From Convolutriloba macropyga (Eukaryota): 64,000 nt of DNA. A program made the position numbers and the translations under genes. Below are positions 63,420 to 64,000 of this stretch, piece by piece. Under the pieces are notes generated by a model. It did not search any database. It was given only the letters and a program-made list of their open reading frames with translations, and was not told where the DNA came from. Every line of letters starts with the position of its first letter. The first letter of the stretch is position 1. The stretch is taken from contig NC_134474.1 in assembly GCF_964194025.1 (NCBI RefSeq), positions 24,490,001-24,554,000 on the forward strand, read 5' to 3'.

Positions 63420-64000
63420 TTTGTATCTTCAGTCGGCTCTCCTTAGTAATCTCCAGACCATTAACTCCTGTCCAACTTGATGATTCATCTATATGAATAA
63501 AGTTGGTCACCCCCTGTGAAGAAATTACCCATCATTTTTACATCAACTTACCCCCTTGACAGCTTAATTCTTGCATTAGTTTACCCCTTCTCAACAAATT
63601 ACCCCTTCACCCTCACACCATTTTGCATCCCAATTTTAACCAGGCGGCAGCCCATGCGGCCCAGTCTTCATTGACCATGTTAATTGGGGTGTAATTTCTC
63701 AAAAATCCTCAAATTCCAGGCTATCGCAGCCCACTATTTCATCGCAGTTTTGGCCAGTGGGTAAATAATCAAAAACCTCCCAATTAAACACGTTGAAGCC
63801 TACACTTACAGCGCAATTTTGGCCAGGCAGTTTCATTCCTCAAAGTTTCCACTATTACAGCCTACTTTTCCATCTGCATCGCAATTTTGGCATGGGGTTT
63901 TTCCTCAAAAGGCCTCCCATTGCAGCTCATTCCCAGTCGCATTTTAAGCCATGGAGTTGTTTCCCTGAAGTTTCTCCCATTGCAGCTGGCTCCTACACCG
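63420..64000. repeat. Degenerate arm of the foldback minisatellite family seen at 5790-6680
   Basis: Shared motifs CATCAACTTACCCC, CAAATTACCCC, CCTCCCATTGCAGC as in 6400-6660. Confidence 0.7.

Larger units (their letters stand above)
48770..63420. repeat. Tandem array of diverged ~3.8-kb composite units with partial ~7.6-kb higher-order similarity
   Basis: Marker GAGTGC(C/T)ATC(A/G)GCTA recurs at ~48780, 52690, 56447, 60322. Near-identical ORFs at 50056/57677 and 50676/58299 are offset by 7621-7623 bp. Confidence 0.92.

Overview
AT-rich eukaryotic DNA, almost certainly animal: it has GT-AG introns, the cilia gene CFAP97, and BEL/Pao, Ty1/copia and Penelope-like retroelements. The species cannot be fixed from sequence alone; a marine invertebrate such as a photosymbiotic acoel or a cnidarian would fit. 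Four intact-looking genes lie on the minus strand: an intronless Alma-family (algal-type) DMSP lyase (17999-18832), a 2-exon phosphoglycolate phosphatase-like HAD-IIA gene (20398-22283), CFAP97 (29607-30731), and a 3-coding-exon plant/fungal-type BAHD acyltransferase (33699-39702, 458 aa). The Alma and BAHD genes are atypical of animals and are horizontal-transfer candidates; they are the most notable signal. The rest is repeat-derived: a decayed copia element (1-5329), a hairpin-unit foldback minisatellite, BEL/Pao remnants, Helentron-type HINEs, MITEs, and a decayed Penelope-like element with a PHD finger inside its RT. A ~15 kb tandem array of ~3.8 kb units (48770-63420) carries four diverged copies of the 5' end of the neighbouring BAHD gene. 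All family assignments come from motif recognition by eye; no searches were run.
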